From the NCBI GenBank assembly GCA_951406725.2, contig OX597824.1, positions 97,526,001 to 97,590,000 on the forward strand: a stretch of 64,000 nucleotides of DNA, given 5' to 3'. Positions within the stretch are counted from its first letter, which is position 1. Each line of letters begins with the position of its first letter. A model generated the notes under the pieces. It saw only the letters and a list, made by a program, of their open reading frames with translations. It searched no databases and was not told where the DNA came from. The DNA is from Octopus vulgaris. Its lineage: Eukaryota. This document shows, piece after piece, positions 1 to 13,486 of this stretch. Made by a program: the position numbers and the translations under genes.

Positions 1-1389
1 TGTTTACATTAGTTACCGGCTCCCCTCGTAACTCAGTCAAACACCCAAAGCACAAAGAAACCAGGGATGGTCAGCGTCAGTAATAATCTGTGAACTGGGA
101 GACTTCTTAGAAGCGTTTAGTAATTCCAATTGCTATAAGGGGTGAGAAAACCTAACGTTTTCAATCTTTGCATCTCATCTACAACTAAGACTTCCAGCAT
201 GTATAAAGTGCATCCGTTAGTTTTACTTTTGTAACTTCTGATAGCTTTATCAGGTAAAAAAGTACCACACCCTTTTCAATGCCACCAGCCTTACTGACAG
301 GTCGAGAATTTGGCCCCAATTTTTTTTACAATTCAGAACTCTACCAAAGTTTTCGTAGGATCAACTGCGTACGATGGATTGAGACTACCGTCACGGATTA
401 GTGGATTATATAGGCTTAAATAATACGTAACAACCGAGAGTATTAAGCATTCTTTCGCTCAAAGATTGTTCATACTTTGTTGACCTGGACATCGTCATCT
501 CAAGATCCAATTATTTTAAATATCACACTAGCCTTAACTACAAGCAAATCATAACCTTATGCAAACGCAACTAAAGATATAGTTAAAATAAATTAAAACT
601 CTTACCATCCAACGTCAATTGTGCATCAAGCTAGCAAATAACACCAGAAAGGCAATAATGGATCTAGATTCAATACAGACATATTCAGTAACAATATACT
701 CCACTTCAATAAGTTATTGAGGATGAAAATAAAATAAGAATATGCGGAACGACCCTTATACATTATCCGTTGGGACAGATATGGCTAGAACGCTTTTGAT
801 TACAGGTCATCAGGATCAGGACTGACCTGGGGCTAAACAACAACAATTCAAGCTAAAGGTATCGACTGAGAGACGGACATCTTCAGCCAATTCCAAACAC
901 CAAACTGCAATGAAATAATTGAATAGAAACTACCATTAATGAAGAATTATCTTCAGTAATCAAAGACACTATTGTTCCATTAATGGCCATTCCATTTATA
1001 CCAGTTTTAACTTCAATGATGTTGTTAATAGAGTCAATAGCCGATGGCGGTAAGTAAACCTCGATATATTGGAGCGCATTTCCTCAAAGCAATTCACTTT
1101 TACGGTCAACCAGTAAATACGAAGATAAAGAGGTCAATCGCTACTCATACAAATAATCGAAGACCAATCGCTTCACTGCGTCATAACACCGTTTTATATA
1201 AGCCTGAAATACACAAAGTCAACGCAATGTGGTTGAGACGCTTGCTTCGCAACCATGATGTTTTGGGTTCTATCCCACTTCACGTCACTTTGGCCAAGTG
1301 TTTTTTTTTTACTGTGGTATCGAATAGATCTGGTAATAGAAACGCAGAAGAAGAGAGAAATAAGATGGAATATAAATAGCCAAATATCT

Positions 1390-1472
<83 letters not shown>

Positions 1473-1552
1473 TAAATAGATAGATAGATACACTTATATA
1501 CATAGATATATATATATATTTATATATAAATATATATTTCGTTTTTGGATTT

Positions 1553-2292
1553 TTATCCAAGCACCCAAAGGACCCAACCCTCAGACAAGTACAGGGTTTG
1601 TCCTCATAAATTAAACATCTCCACTACTAAATAACAAATACACGTAGTAGGTAATTATACCACATACCCACAGTTTATATTTATATACAGGTAGAATAGT
1701 TAGTGGGCCGTTATACAGATGTGTGTGTGTATAAGTATATATACATGTATGTTAGTGAATGGATATGAATATAAACAGATAGACATAGAGACGGATAGGT
1801 ACATCGGTAATATGAACAGACAAACACACATACATACACATAACCAAATGAAGACTGAAACACATGATCATATACACACACACTTCACTTCACACAAGGA
1901 CACATATACGGACACACAACCATACATACAGACACTGTACATAGTCACAAAAACCCATACACACATACAGACATGCACACTCAGCAGTGGTACACCCACA
2001 CACACACAAGTGAAAACGCACAAACACATGAATATGCAGAATACATACATACAAACACATATATACAAACGCGCATACTTACATACATACATATGTGCAC
2101 ACACATTGACCCACACACATGCGCACAAACAAAAAGAACGCAGCTCGGGTAACGGACAGAGACAACAACTATTGAAGACGTTGCAAGATGCAACAAACAT
2201 TTTAGAAAAATAAATGAGTTTAAATTTTACTGGTAAATGTCTTAAATAATAAGGCACTAAAAGAGAGTGACTCTCCTCAGACACAACAGAAT
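1553..2292. repeat. Unclassified ~740-bp dispersed repeat, copy 1 (copy 2 at 30245-31370)
   Basis: Colinear similarity to 30245-31370 in non-microsatellite blocks, e.g. TTATCCAAGCACCCAAARGACCCAAC, CAAATGAAGACTGAAACACATGA, CACATGAATATGCAG and TGACTCTCCYCAGACACA. Confidence 0.85.
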
Positions 2293-2605
2293 ATATATAT
2301 ATATATATATTGAGAAAGAGAGAGAGAGGGGGAGAAAAAAACTAAAGTTAATGTTGCAACGAGTTATAATTCCGTGCTAAATACCTGTTAATGAAAGAAG
2401 TTCTGTTTTCAAAGCTCCTAAACAACCATACACAATTCTAAGAATTATTTCACAATAATCTCGGGAATTTTTTCTAATTCCATGGTTGTTGCAATTGAAT
2501 AATTCCTTTGTTCTTAAATCTTTTAATATGAAGTAACACAGAAAGGGTTCTGCAGATAAAGGAATAATGACATAGATGAGAATCGAACTTGCGTCCCATG
2601 TTCTG

Positions 2606-3250
2606 TTATTTACCACTGTAGGGCTGATTATAATAATTGCATAGCACGGCATTATCGAAATAAGAGAGACTGTTTCTGCATTTCAACTGAGAATCTCGAC
2701 TGCGCAATAACAATACTCCGTCAAGGCAAGCTTTGTCCGCAAACATCGACATGGTTTCGATTCCTAACAAAGGTTTTCCTTTGTGCTTCAATTGTCCTTT
2801 GAATGGCTTAACTGATCAGCTCATATTTTGTTCTTCTGTCTCTTGTCCTATATAAACCATTTTGCCAAAAGTGATTTCTCTTAACTAAACACACTGCCTC
2901 GCATCTTCTAACAAGACGGAATGGGACATTTTGTCGATTATATATTCTGGAAAACAATAGCATTAATAATTGGTAGGATCGATAGAGCACTTTTGCAAAA
3001 TGGCACAGACTGGTTGGAATTTAAAAGAAGGAAACTATTGTGAATCCCATAGAATGAACTCTACTGATGCTTCCTTGCTTGACAAACTTAATGTGAAATG
3101 CGGTTTGAATTCACCACGTAGCCCTTGATTGCTTCAGGCAAAAGTCCATTCTCTGACAAGAATTCGAATGTGGCATTCCCTTCCTTCACTCCTGCCGGTC
3201 TTGAATACCCTCAAAACGGCCATGGGCGCTCCTCTTCTTCCACTTTGCAA
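2606..3250 (-). mobile_element. Decayed gag-like ORF1 relic of a non-LTR retrotransposon (L1/Tx1-like?)
   Basis: The minus frame gives CRNSLSYFDNAVLC at 2639-2680. This has CX2CX4HX4C spacing, and S(AGT) and D(GAT) are each one base from C(TGT) and H(CAT). The upstream frame is interrupted by stops and frameshifts. Confidence 0.4.
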
Positions 3251-3709
3251 AAGGAACTTATAAATTTGTCTATTTTTTCTTTTTATGTTTTATTTATTTA
3301 TATATTTATTTTCTTTTTCAATTTTTAATTTTAATTTTTATGCCAAGGGCATTTATTTTCCAGTTTCTTTTCCGGACCAGATATTTATCGAAACGCACAA
3401 AGTGTGATTGACCACAAGCCCAATGCCTAATAATACGATTCTGGCAACAACCTGACAAGGTAATAAATCACCGACTTTCCGCTGATAAGTCCGTCCTCTG
3501 ATTGCTGTCGTTGGTCGTCGATTCTAATTTATTTTAACCGAGCCACATCACAACCGGAAAACTTAAAGGAGGAGATAAGAAGAAGTGACTTTAAGCAGAG
3601 AGATACGGCGAGGTGATCTTATCGGGGAAGGATGCTGGCGAGGGGGATGGAGTCAGTCACAGACTCACCAATTGGTCTAGTTTATAAGAGATTTGATGAG
3701 AGGACAAAC

Positions 3710-4365
<656 letters not shown>

Positions 4366-4734
4366 GCGCTACTAAGATGAAAGATACATAAACTATTTAT
4401 AGCTTATTCTATGGGCTGCAGTTCCAAAAATTTCATTTATCAGCTTATGTATGTATGTACCTAAGTTCACTCTCTCTCTCTCTCTCTCTCTCTATCTGAA
4501 TTCATTTGTCCTTTCGTTTAGCTACACACACACACATTGTTGTTCGTTTATAACATAATGTGGCGCGTTTATTCTGTCAAAGCTGTCTGCTACATTTAGC
4601 TTTCGCGTTTACATTTTGGAAGAGAACATCACTCCATCACACTCCGTCAAACTGCTGTCTGAACGAGCAGCGTGTAAAAGTGAAACTTTAGCAACAGCAC
4701 ACCACTTAACCCCAGTCAGCAAACAGTTACATGC

Positions 4735-4785
<51 letters not shown>

Positions 4786-5041
4786 CAAGTATGTGTGTGT
4801 GTATATGATTGTGCATGTGTGTGTGTAATCAGAGGAAAAGTTAAAGTGAGAGTTGTGTGGAAAATGAAAATGCGACAAAGTTGGAAATGTAGTTTCTGAC
4901 TGACTAAAAAAAAACACTACACACGTATGTATATGTATGTGTGTATATATATATATATAAATGGAGGGGAGTGTATCATTAGGGAAGTGACGTAGAAGTA
5001 GTTATTATGTATAAGAGACAGAAGTAAGAATACCAAGAGCG

Positions 5042-5074
<33 letters not shown>

Positions 5075-5434
5075 TGTGTGTCTTAAGACGGATAGCTTGA
5101 ATTAATGGAATACCTACTTAACGTCAGACTATCGTCATACAAGTAGAAACTTTATCAGCGTGATTAATATACGAGTGGTGAAGTAAAAATATCTTCACTT
5201 CAGTTCAAATCAAAGTGCTAATACGGACAATATGTGCGCACACACACACACACACGCACGTTCGCACACACATTTAATGAGTTTATGCGTATATATATAT
5301 ATGCATATATATACCCATAAGTGCTTCTAAATGATTAGGGAATTAAGTATCAGATATTTAACCCCATGCAATCAATCAGTCGCCAGGTCAAAAGCAAAGC
5401 TTCTTCTGTTTGGTTATTTTTCGATTGTTTTCTG

Positions 5435-6000
5435 TTGCCACATGATATTGCAGCTCAAATTATCATAAAGTCATCTCCTTGCTTCTTAGTTGAGGCCAAA
5501 CTTGAGGCTTCTTTAGTTGCCTCCAGGGATAAACTCACTCTTAACTGTGAAATGATGATTTATCAGAGAAGATGGCCTAATTCCATTGGAGCGTGACTAC
5601 TTCTTATTGTCTAAACATCATTTCTCCGCTTATTAATGTTGATAGGAGACTTCAAAGGTTTAACAATTGCAGCCTCTCGTGATATCAAGCTTTACGGAGT
5701 TCCTGACGAACGGTTTTTGTTTGACACAGCATTAACAATGTGGTGGTTTAACCCTTCTGTCACTTTTGCTGCCGTGGTTCAATGGTTTTTAGACGCAATC
5801 CGTTTCACTCTTCTGCCGTTCCTGTCTGTGAGTTTTCTGTACCATTCAGAATCATGCATATCTGAGATAATTTTACCTTCGTTTTGGAATCCAGCATGGT
5901 CTTAGAGAATATACCTCTCGAAATATTGAATAATTCAGGAGTTTTAGTGACCAATACTCCAGCCAACTTATTCAAATATGGATATCTTCAAAAACTAGTA
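5435..6000 (-). mobile_element. Tc1-family transposase relic (pseudogenised)
   Basis: The minus strand, allowing frameshifts and stops, reads LAGVLVTKTPELFNISRG..RKLTDRNGRRVKRIASKNH*TTAAKVTEGLN..KTVRQELRKA..AAIVKPL..QWN*AIFSDKSSF..VYPWRQ..*AAISC. This matches the Tc1 HTH region and the WxxVIFSDES motif. Confidence 0.85.
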
Positions 6001-8261
6001 AAGCAGAGATTTATATCATGGAATACAAGGCAGATGAGCGCATATATACAGACTAAAACAGTTAAACAAAAAATGGTGTTTGCATTATTTTGCCTATCCT
6101 CTGTATGCTTCATATATTTGAGACACGTGACGCGGGCCACAATCTCCCCATTGGCGCATCTTTTCTATGCACCATAAATAACAAACAATGTTGGGAATTT
6201 TCACTGTCGACATATGTCCAACTTGAACAGCAAAAAGCTATAAAAAGAACTTGCGAAGTCACACATATATAGAAATGAATTAGCGTTAGGTCACGCCATC
6301 AGCAGATTCCAAGGATCTTAGCAGTAACAACAGTAATAGGGGCAGCGACACTCTGTAATTGGGTTAGCTTATGGTCCAAGAATTACGTCATCACGTGTTC
6401 ATTTAATCACGTGAAGGAAATTACGTTTTCCATAATTTAAGTTTAACTCAAGTCTACTAAGACGAACACCTAATTAAAACGAACGGAACTTTTATCATAG
6501 AATGGCGACGCGAGAAGAAGTCAACAGTTTAATGAATGCAAATTTTGAAAACTTGATATTTAAGCAAAGCTGGAAATTCTTAGAACAAATTGTGACTAAC
6601 TTGAATTAAATAATCTTATTTCACTTGTTTCAGTCATCAGGCTGCGGCCATGATGGAGCATACATATTTATATATAAATACATTCATGTTTGTCTTTATG
6701 CTAAGTTATATACAAAAAAGAAAACAGTTTAGTAACAAACTGCAGGATTAGTTAAGAGGAGCGATAGTGACTTCGAAATTTGATATATATGTGGGGAATG
6801 CATGTGCGCGTATATATGTGTATACGTGTGTGTGTATGTGTGTGTGTATGTGTGTGTGTGTGTGTGTGTGTGAGTGCAAATATAAAGTCAGGAGGTATGA
6901 GAGGTATATATATTTCTTCAACCACGTGACTTCTTTAGGATGCTTCATGTAGCATTAATATCATTGTACATGTTTACATGTTTGCATTAATGTGCAAACA
7001 TGAATAAACATACATTCACCTATCATAGATCCTGACTTTATGATTTTACATAATCCACACAAAATAATTCTATCGCTGGTATCTTCTAGATTGTCAGTTG
7101 CGAGGACACTTTATATTACATTGTAATTGATTTTTATGTGGACTGATAGCCGAGTCCTTAAGAAGAGCTTGCTGTGACACGATTCTCTGAATCCACATTC
7201 TATTCATTTACATATGTGTGTGTGTGCGTGTGTGAGTGTAAAGAGATAGAGAGAGAATCTTATAAGAATGTGGTCTTTGGAGGATTGTATAGAATATCTT
7301 GCAGCACTTGTTCATTGTCACTGCGTTCCGAGTTCAAATAGCAATCCAGGATGGTGGATTGTAAAATTTGTGGTATCTTACGGCGATGTTTGCGCTCTGA
7401 GTACAAATGTCACCCTAAGCTACATAAGATCTAATCCACCACCCGGTTTAACCTAGTGGAACCATAGATGCGTCTAATAGAAACCACTCTATACCAGAAA
7501 CTGGGGTCAGGTCCCCAGTTTGAGGATCCCTTCAACTTTCCTACCTCAAGTTTCGAACTATGAGTACTACCGTCATCCTCACTCTCGATTAAAATATTTA
7601 AAAAAAAACATCTTTAACAGCTGAAAACACCACAAACTTTTCTTACAGTAAAGAGAAAGATATTAAACGATTTAGTTTGACCACAAATCCGGTACTGCTT
7701 TTCTGTACTCCGAGAGTACAGGAGCTTATACATTCTATTTAGAATATACACAAGCTGTATAGATTATATACCAGCTATTTAGAGTGTGTACTAGATATGC
7801 AAAGTAAACGCACAGTATGTAGAGAATACGCAAGCTATTTAATCGCTGCTAACCGAGAGATCGTCTGGTGTCAGGAATACACACAACAGGAGTTTTATAG
7901 AAACCGATGTTTCTAAGCTCTCCTGAAATTTCTATTCAGATTATGTGTACTGCTTCTCTTAATTAACTAATCAATTAATTATATCCGTATTTGTCAATGA
8001 ATGTGCATAAAAATGTATGCATATCATATGTATATATATATATATTATTATGATTATTATTATTGTTATTATTATTATTATAAAAAGCGACAACAAAAGA
8101 ATGAGACCTCAATATTAGGTAAATAGAGGACCATTTGTATATGTACAATTTAGGACAAACACTTAGTTATCATTATAGTACTCTGAGTTCGAATGTCGGT
8201 GCGAAGAGCTACGATGCATTCTCGTCGGCTATTAATGGCAATAGATGCTACATATATATAT

Positions 8262-8309
<48 letters not shown>

Positions 8310-8460
8310 GGGAGTAAATCCAAATTTACAGGGAAATTTAAATAATTCAAATTTTAAATTTTATATATTTCGTATATTATATTAATTATACATATTTTTA
8401 TGTATTGGTTTATGTTTTTCACTGTTTGATTTGCCTAATAGTGGTTTTATCTCTAATATA

Positions 8461-8551
<91 letters not shown>

Positions 8552-8673
8552 CTTGCGGAGGCGGAGGGCAAGTGTGTATAAATACGTGTCTGGAGAGTGA
8601 CCATATACACACAAGATTCTTTGATATCTAAAAGAACTAAAAAAACAAGCAATTTAATATTGATATAGATATG

Positions 8674-8728
<55 letters not shown>

Positions 8729-9213
8729 CCACTGGTATTTCCAGTAAACATTTGTGCTTTGTTGTACCACTACTATATATATATATGTTACTTATCTTCT
8801 ATAGAGGGAACGTTTCCTAAAACCTTTTTCACTTATATTTTCAAATAACCGTTAGTTGCCTTAGTTTTCGTTTATACCTAACCAGACTCACATTTCTTCT
8901 TTCTTTCTCATAAGCAAAAATGTGAATATCCGAAATCATTCTCTGCTATTTCCTTTATCAAGTCCTTTATAATATTTTTCTGTTTATACTTCTTGCACTG
9001 TGGAGAACATTGATATAAAATTAAATTAAATTAAACTAAATTAATTACTTCCATTCAACCATGAATTTGCATGATTTTAATATCGCTGTTCGGAATGATC
9101 GTCTGCATGAATAAAAATTCTCTTAAACTTTAAATACTTTCTCTTCTCCATTTATAACAAATTTGTTGAGGTTTATGGGATTCCTTTCCCTAAATTCACA
9201 TCACACACACACA

Positions 9214-9260
<47 letters not shown>

Positions 9261-10109
9261 ATATGCACACATATACACACGTAGATGTAGAATTTGTTCA
9301 TATGTACTATATACATGTGTGTGTGTAATAAATATAAATTCTACATTTACACGTGTATATATATGTGAATATATATCCTTTATATATGTATATATATATA
9401 TATATATCATACATGTATGCGTATACACAATCGACTACTTCTATTCATACACTCGGAATCCATAGCGATACACAATTAATAAAATATTCTCAAGACTAAG
9501 CGAATTTTAAAAGTAGCAATGCAATCTGTTACTATTAAAATAAATATTTATGGGACACAATGGTATTTCTGCAAACTTATTGCATTATTTAAGACACAAA
9601 TGAGATCGGCGTCAGCCAGAACATAAATATGAGAAATTCAAATTTACCCAATTACATACTTAGCTTATATACACTCGCGATAATAAACTATTAAGTTACA
9701 AGAGGTAATACAATATTGATGCTTCACGCAATTTAAATGTCTTCTGTGTTGAATAAGTTCTGTCACAGCAGTAAATATCATCAATATTTCATGAAATATA
9801 TAAGAGAACATCGTGACATAGGACACAGAATACTGCGTTATTTCCCTTAAAAGAATATCTCCGTTGTGCATAAAAGCACACGTATTTATATCGTTGACAA
9901 ACGAGAATCTCGCTGCTGGGCAAGTGTCACTGTGCATCCCACAGCTAGGTGAAATGATGTGATCAGGCAGTCGGAACGGCCGTAGTAAATTCTCGTCTGT
10001 CAGCCATATAATTACGTATGTCTTTTATTGCACCACGAGTCCTTATGAGAGATTTTCTAAAGGTAAATAGCGTAATATTCTGGATTCTAACACAAGCTCC
10101 ATGTTGAAT

Positions 10110-10327
10110 TTATTTTTAAGAAACAATTTGACCCCCTGCTATCCAAGGTCCCACATTAATCTATATCACGGGAGGAGACTCAAACGAGGGCAGCTGCTTC
10201 GAACTCCCTCCTTCAACAAAAGCCAATCACATAAGATTGGCCATTGAAAATGTGTACACACTGACGATGCTACAGCTGCACAGCATGGCTGCAGCCTTCA
10301 GGCAGAAACGGATAAGAGAATAAAATA

Positions 10328-10328
<1 letters not shown>
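10110..10328 (+). mobile_element. 3' end of a CR1-group LINE (old copy)
   Basis: Translates as DPLLSKVPH*SISREETQTRAAASNSLLQQ, homologous to DIFLSRVPDEPTSRQ..NSILHQ in the 59-61 kb LINEs. It ends in the tail CAGCATGGCTGCAG..GAAAC..GAATAAAA. Confidence 0.65.
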
Positions 10329-10380
<52 letters not shown>

Positions 10381-10611
10381 CACATACACATATGTAAAAT
10401 AATTGTAAATGTATAAAATCGATTTTAATTTCCTCTTTCCTCTAATTAAAAATTCATGTTCACTCTCAACAATAAATGATTCCCATGTTGTGATCATCGG
10501 AGAGATTTCTCAGGAATAATAGATAAGTTGTCAATGAAAATTTTATGAATCAAAATTGCTCAACTTCGAAATTGGTATATAAAAATATAGATGTATGTGT
10601 GTGTGTGTGTG

Positions 10612-10760
10612 ACGGGTTTTGTAGTTATTAATTATTTACTCACAAGGAATTGATAAAGTCGCGGTTATATTTGAAAGCACCAGCCCAAGGCGCCGCGCTA
10701 TGGCACTGACTCCAAAACCACGTGCTTACGAAGCAACTTGTCAAACACACAGTCTTCCCT
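10612..10760 (-). mobile_element. SINE family A, degenerate 5' half
   Basis: The reverse complement resembles the head of the 33808 and 48936 copies (CTGTGTG..AAG..GCTT..GTGGTT..CAGT..CCTTGGGC). Confidence 0.6.
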
Positions 10761-11402
10761 ATATCGGTATTTACTTATAGCCTACAACTAAATCAATATT
10801 GTATAATTACAGCCATCGATCACAAAACAGGGTTATTTCCGATATGCAATGATTTACTGAGATTGGTGTTTCTTCAAACGAAGGAACATTGAGGTTTCAC
10901 TTGCCATTTGTTCGTCTTGGAGTATCTAAACATGGTTCTTACTGGACCAAGTGAAGGTGTCCTGCCCATGGCACTTCAACCGGTTGTAAACCTTAATTAA
11001 ATCTCAAATAGCGCCACTTTCCGTCCTGAGAAAATGAAATAGAATTTTATATTCTCGTGTTCTAGATGGATCTTTTTGTTTTCTAAATAAGGATGGAGCG
11101 GTCATTACTGAAGCAAGTTGTTGATCTTATACGGGATTAATCAGGATTAACCAGGGTTAAGCAATAACAACAACGGTATTTGTAAGATTATTCTGACGGG
11201 CATTTAAGTAGAGTCTGACATTGTTAGACAAATAGGCGCAGGAGTGGCTGTGGAGCCAGAACTTTGCGTCCAAACCCGTGGTATTTTTGGCAAGTTACTT
11301 CTACTATGGCCAGGAGCAAACCAAAGCCTTTTGAGTGGATCTGATAGACAGAAACTGAAAGAAGCCCATTGTATGTATGTATGTATGTATGTATGTATGT
11401 AT

Positions 11403-11865
11403 ATATCGGTACTTCGTTGTACCATTTATTTACTTTTATATGTATAATTTTACCCTTACGGGCTATCTTTTACTGGAAAGCAATACTTTCGTATTGCATT
11501 ACTATTTTCATTGAAACTTCTTCACTGTTCTCGTTCTGTTAACGTCTTGGCGTTCAGACGAGTGTACTGGCATAGATGTGGCAACATTTGAAATTTTGTC
11601 TAGGTATATGCAGCTGATGAAGACAAATCAAATCTACGTTGTCAAACGTATTTGAAAAGTCTGAAACCGGTCCTGCATTATCCGTTTCTAGGTTTTTCAT
11701 TTTTCAGATGTTCTTCCTAGAGGTAAGACAAATTTTTTTCATGTTTGTTGCACACACACGTCTTTGCTAGTATATACGCAGTGAAGCTATACAATAGCGT
11801 CGTATTTATTACGATCGCTATTTTCCAGTAAATATCGGTACTTCGTTGTACCATTTATTTACTTT

Positions 11866-11872
<7 letters not shown>
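11403..11872 (+). mobile_element. Non-coding HHR-bearing element (retrozyme / Penelope pseudo-LTR-like): 429-bp unit with 41-bp terminal direct repeat
   Basis: ATATCGGTACTTCGTTGTACCATTTATTTACTTTTATATGT is identical at 11403-11443 and 11832-11872. A central hammerhead motif is present, there is no ORF, and the flanks are (TATG)n and (TA)n. Confidence 0.75.
11608..11678 (+). ncRNA. Type I hammerhead ribozyme (minimal stem III)
   Basis: Stem I is ATGCAG(11608-13)/CTGCAT(11673-78). The core is CTGATGA (11614-20). Stem II is AGAC/GTCT, with an inner hairpin TCAAA..TACGTT-GTCA-AACGTA-TTTGA. GAAA is at 11663-66, stem III is the palindrome ACCGGT, and the cleavage triplet is GTC (cut after 11672). 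Confidence 0.85.
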
Positions 11873-11918
<46 letters not shown>

Positions 11919-12614
11919 TATATATACGATATATATAATATATATGATAGTCGCTCCCGTTGATTTCAACGTATGTTTGAAAGAGACAATTTTAAAAAGA
12001 AAGAAGAAGACCAAAGAAGCTGCATGTTTTTGTGATGGAAGCATGAATGTAGGTCGTAACGGGAACAATGATGATTTTTCTATTGTCTGGGATTGTGTCT
12101 GTTGATTGCAGGATATAATTCTTGTGTGTGTTGGTGTGTGTGTGTGTCTGTTTGTTGCCCACCATTGTTTGAAAACCGTTGCTCGTGTATCAATGTCCCC
12201 GTAAGCTAGCAGCTCGTCAAAAGAGACCGGTGAATTAAGTCCCAGGGACGTGCTATGACGATGTAGATACGCAGCTTCGGGCCTCTAGATATTGGTGGCA
12301 CCGTCAGTAAATATGCGAAGGATTTAGTTAGCTTACAATAATCCCAATATCATGAATATGAGAACTTGCTGACGTCATGTCTTCACGTAAGACATGCCGT
12401 ACATTTTACGTTTAGCATTTATTGCTTTCACGTGAGTTTCAGTGTAGGCATGCAGCTGCGCATGTCTCTATGACAAAGCACACGCACACACACGTATGTA
12501 TCTATGCATGTAATATGCACCCTGATGCAATTCAGTCAGGTCTACAGATATATTTTCAACGAAAATGCTCAAACAGATATTAAGACATCCACACACGTAT
12601 ACACACGCACACTC

Positions 12615-12661
<47 letters not shown>

Positions 12662-12789
12662 GGGGGTTATGTGTATGGAAGTGGTAGATGAAATTAAAAA
12701 CGTAAAACATACCGAACATCAAATAACATATACGCTCATGTGTGTGCGTAGAGATAGATGGGTAGATACATAGATAAACATATATACGT

Positions 12790-12820
<31 letters not shown>

Positions 12821-13154
12821 TGTATATATATATGTATGTATGTGTGTGTGTGTGTGTGTGCGTGCGTGTTGCACTATGTATGTATGTGTCTATTGAAACG
12901 CGCAAATGCTGTACGGAAAAAAAATTATGTTTCCGTTTCGCTTTACGTATTTCGCCGCCGCCTTTTCGACCCGTTCGGCACTTGTTGTGATACAAGAATA
13001 AACAGGAATAATTTCATCCTTATCACCGTTATAGGAATCTAGAAGGATTAGAAAAGCTTCGACAGAAAAATATTTTTTAAAGAAACTGCTTGAAGTTGCT
13101 CAATTAAGAAATGTCATACGTAGAAGTTATGAAAACCGTATGCGTTTATATATC

Positions 13155-13189
<35 letters not shown>

Positions 13190-13212
13190 GTACATAAATA
13201 TATATATGTATA

Positions 13213-13258
<46 letters not shown>

Positions 13259-13419
13259 CGTATGTAGATATGTGTATATATAATATATATATAGATATGT
13301 ACAAACATGCTTGTGTGTGTGTATGTTAAAAGGAATGTGTATGCAATGTGTCCAATTATGATTCTATATATATCTATCTACCTATCTCTCTATAGATGTG
13401 TGTATGTCTATTTTCATAC

Positions 13420-13486
<67 letters not shown>

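Larger units (their letters stand above)
11236..12246 (+). mobile_element. SINE family A copy split at its internal microsatellite by later insertions (head 11236-11372, remainder ~12125-12246)
   Basis: The head reads GCGCAGGAGTGGCTGTGG..CCAAAGCCTT..GTGGAT..GAAACTGAAAGAAGCCC. The matching body (GTCCCCGTAA..AAAAGAGACCG) resumes about 750 bp later. Confidence 0.7.

Noticed and set aside
1044-1379. 111-aa ATG ORF in unique-looking sequence
   Set aside because: No recognisable motif, splice context or homology; the length is compatible with chance.
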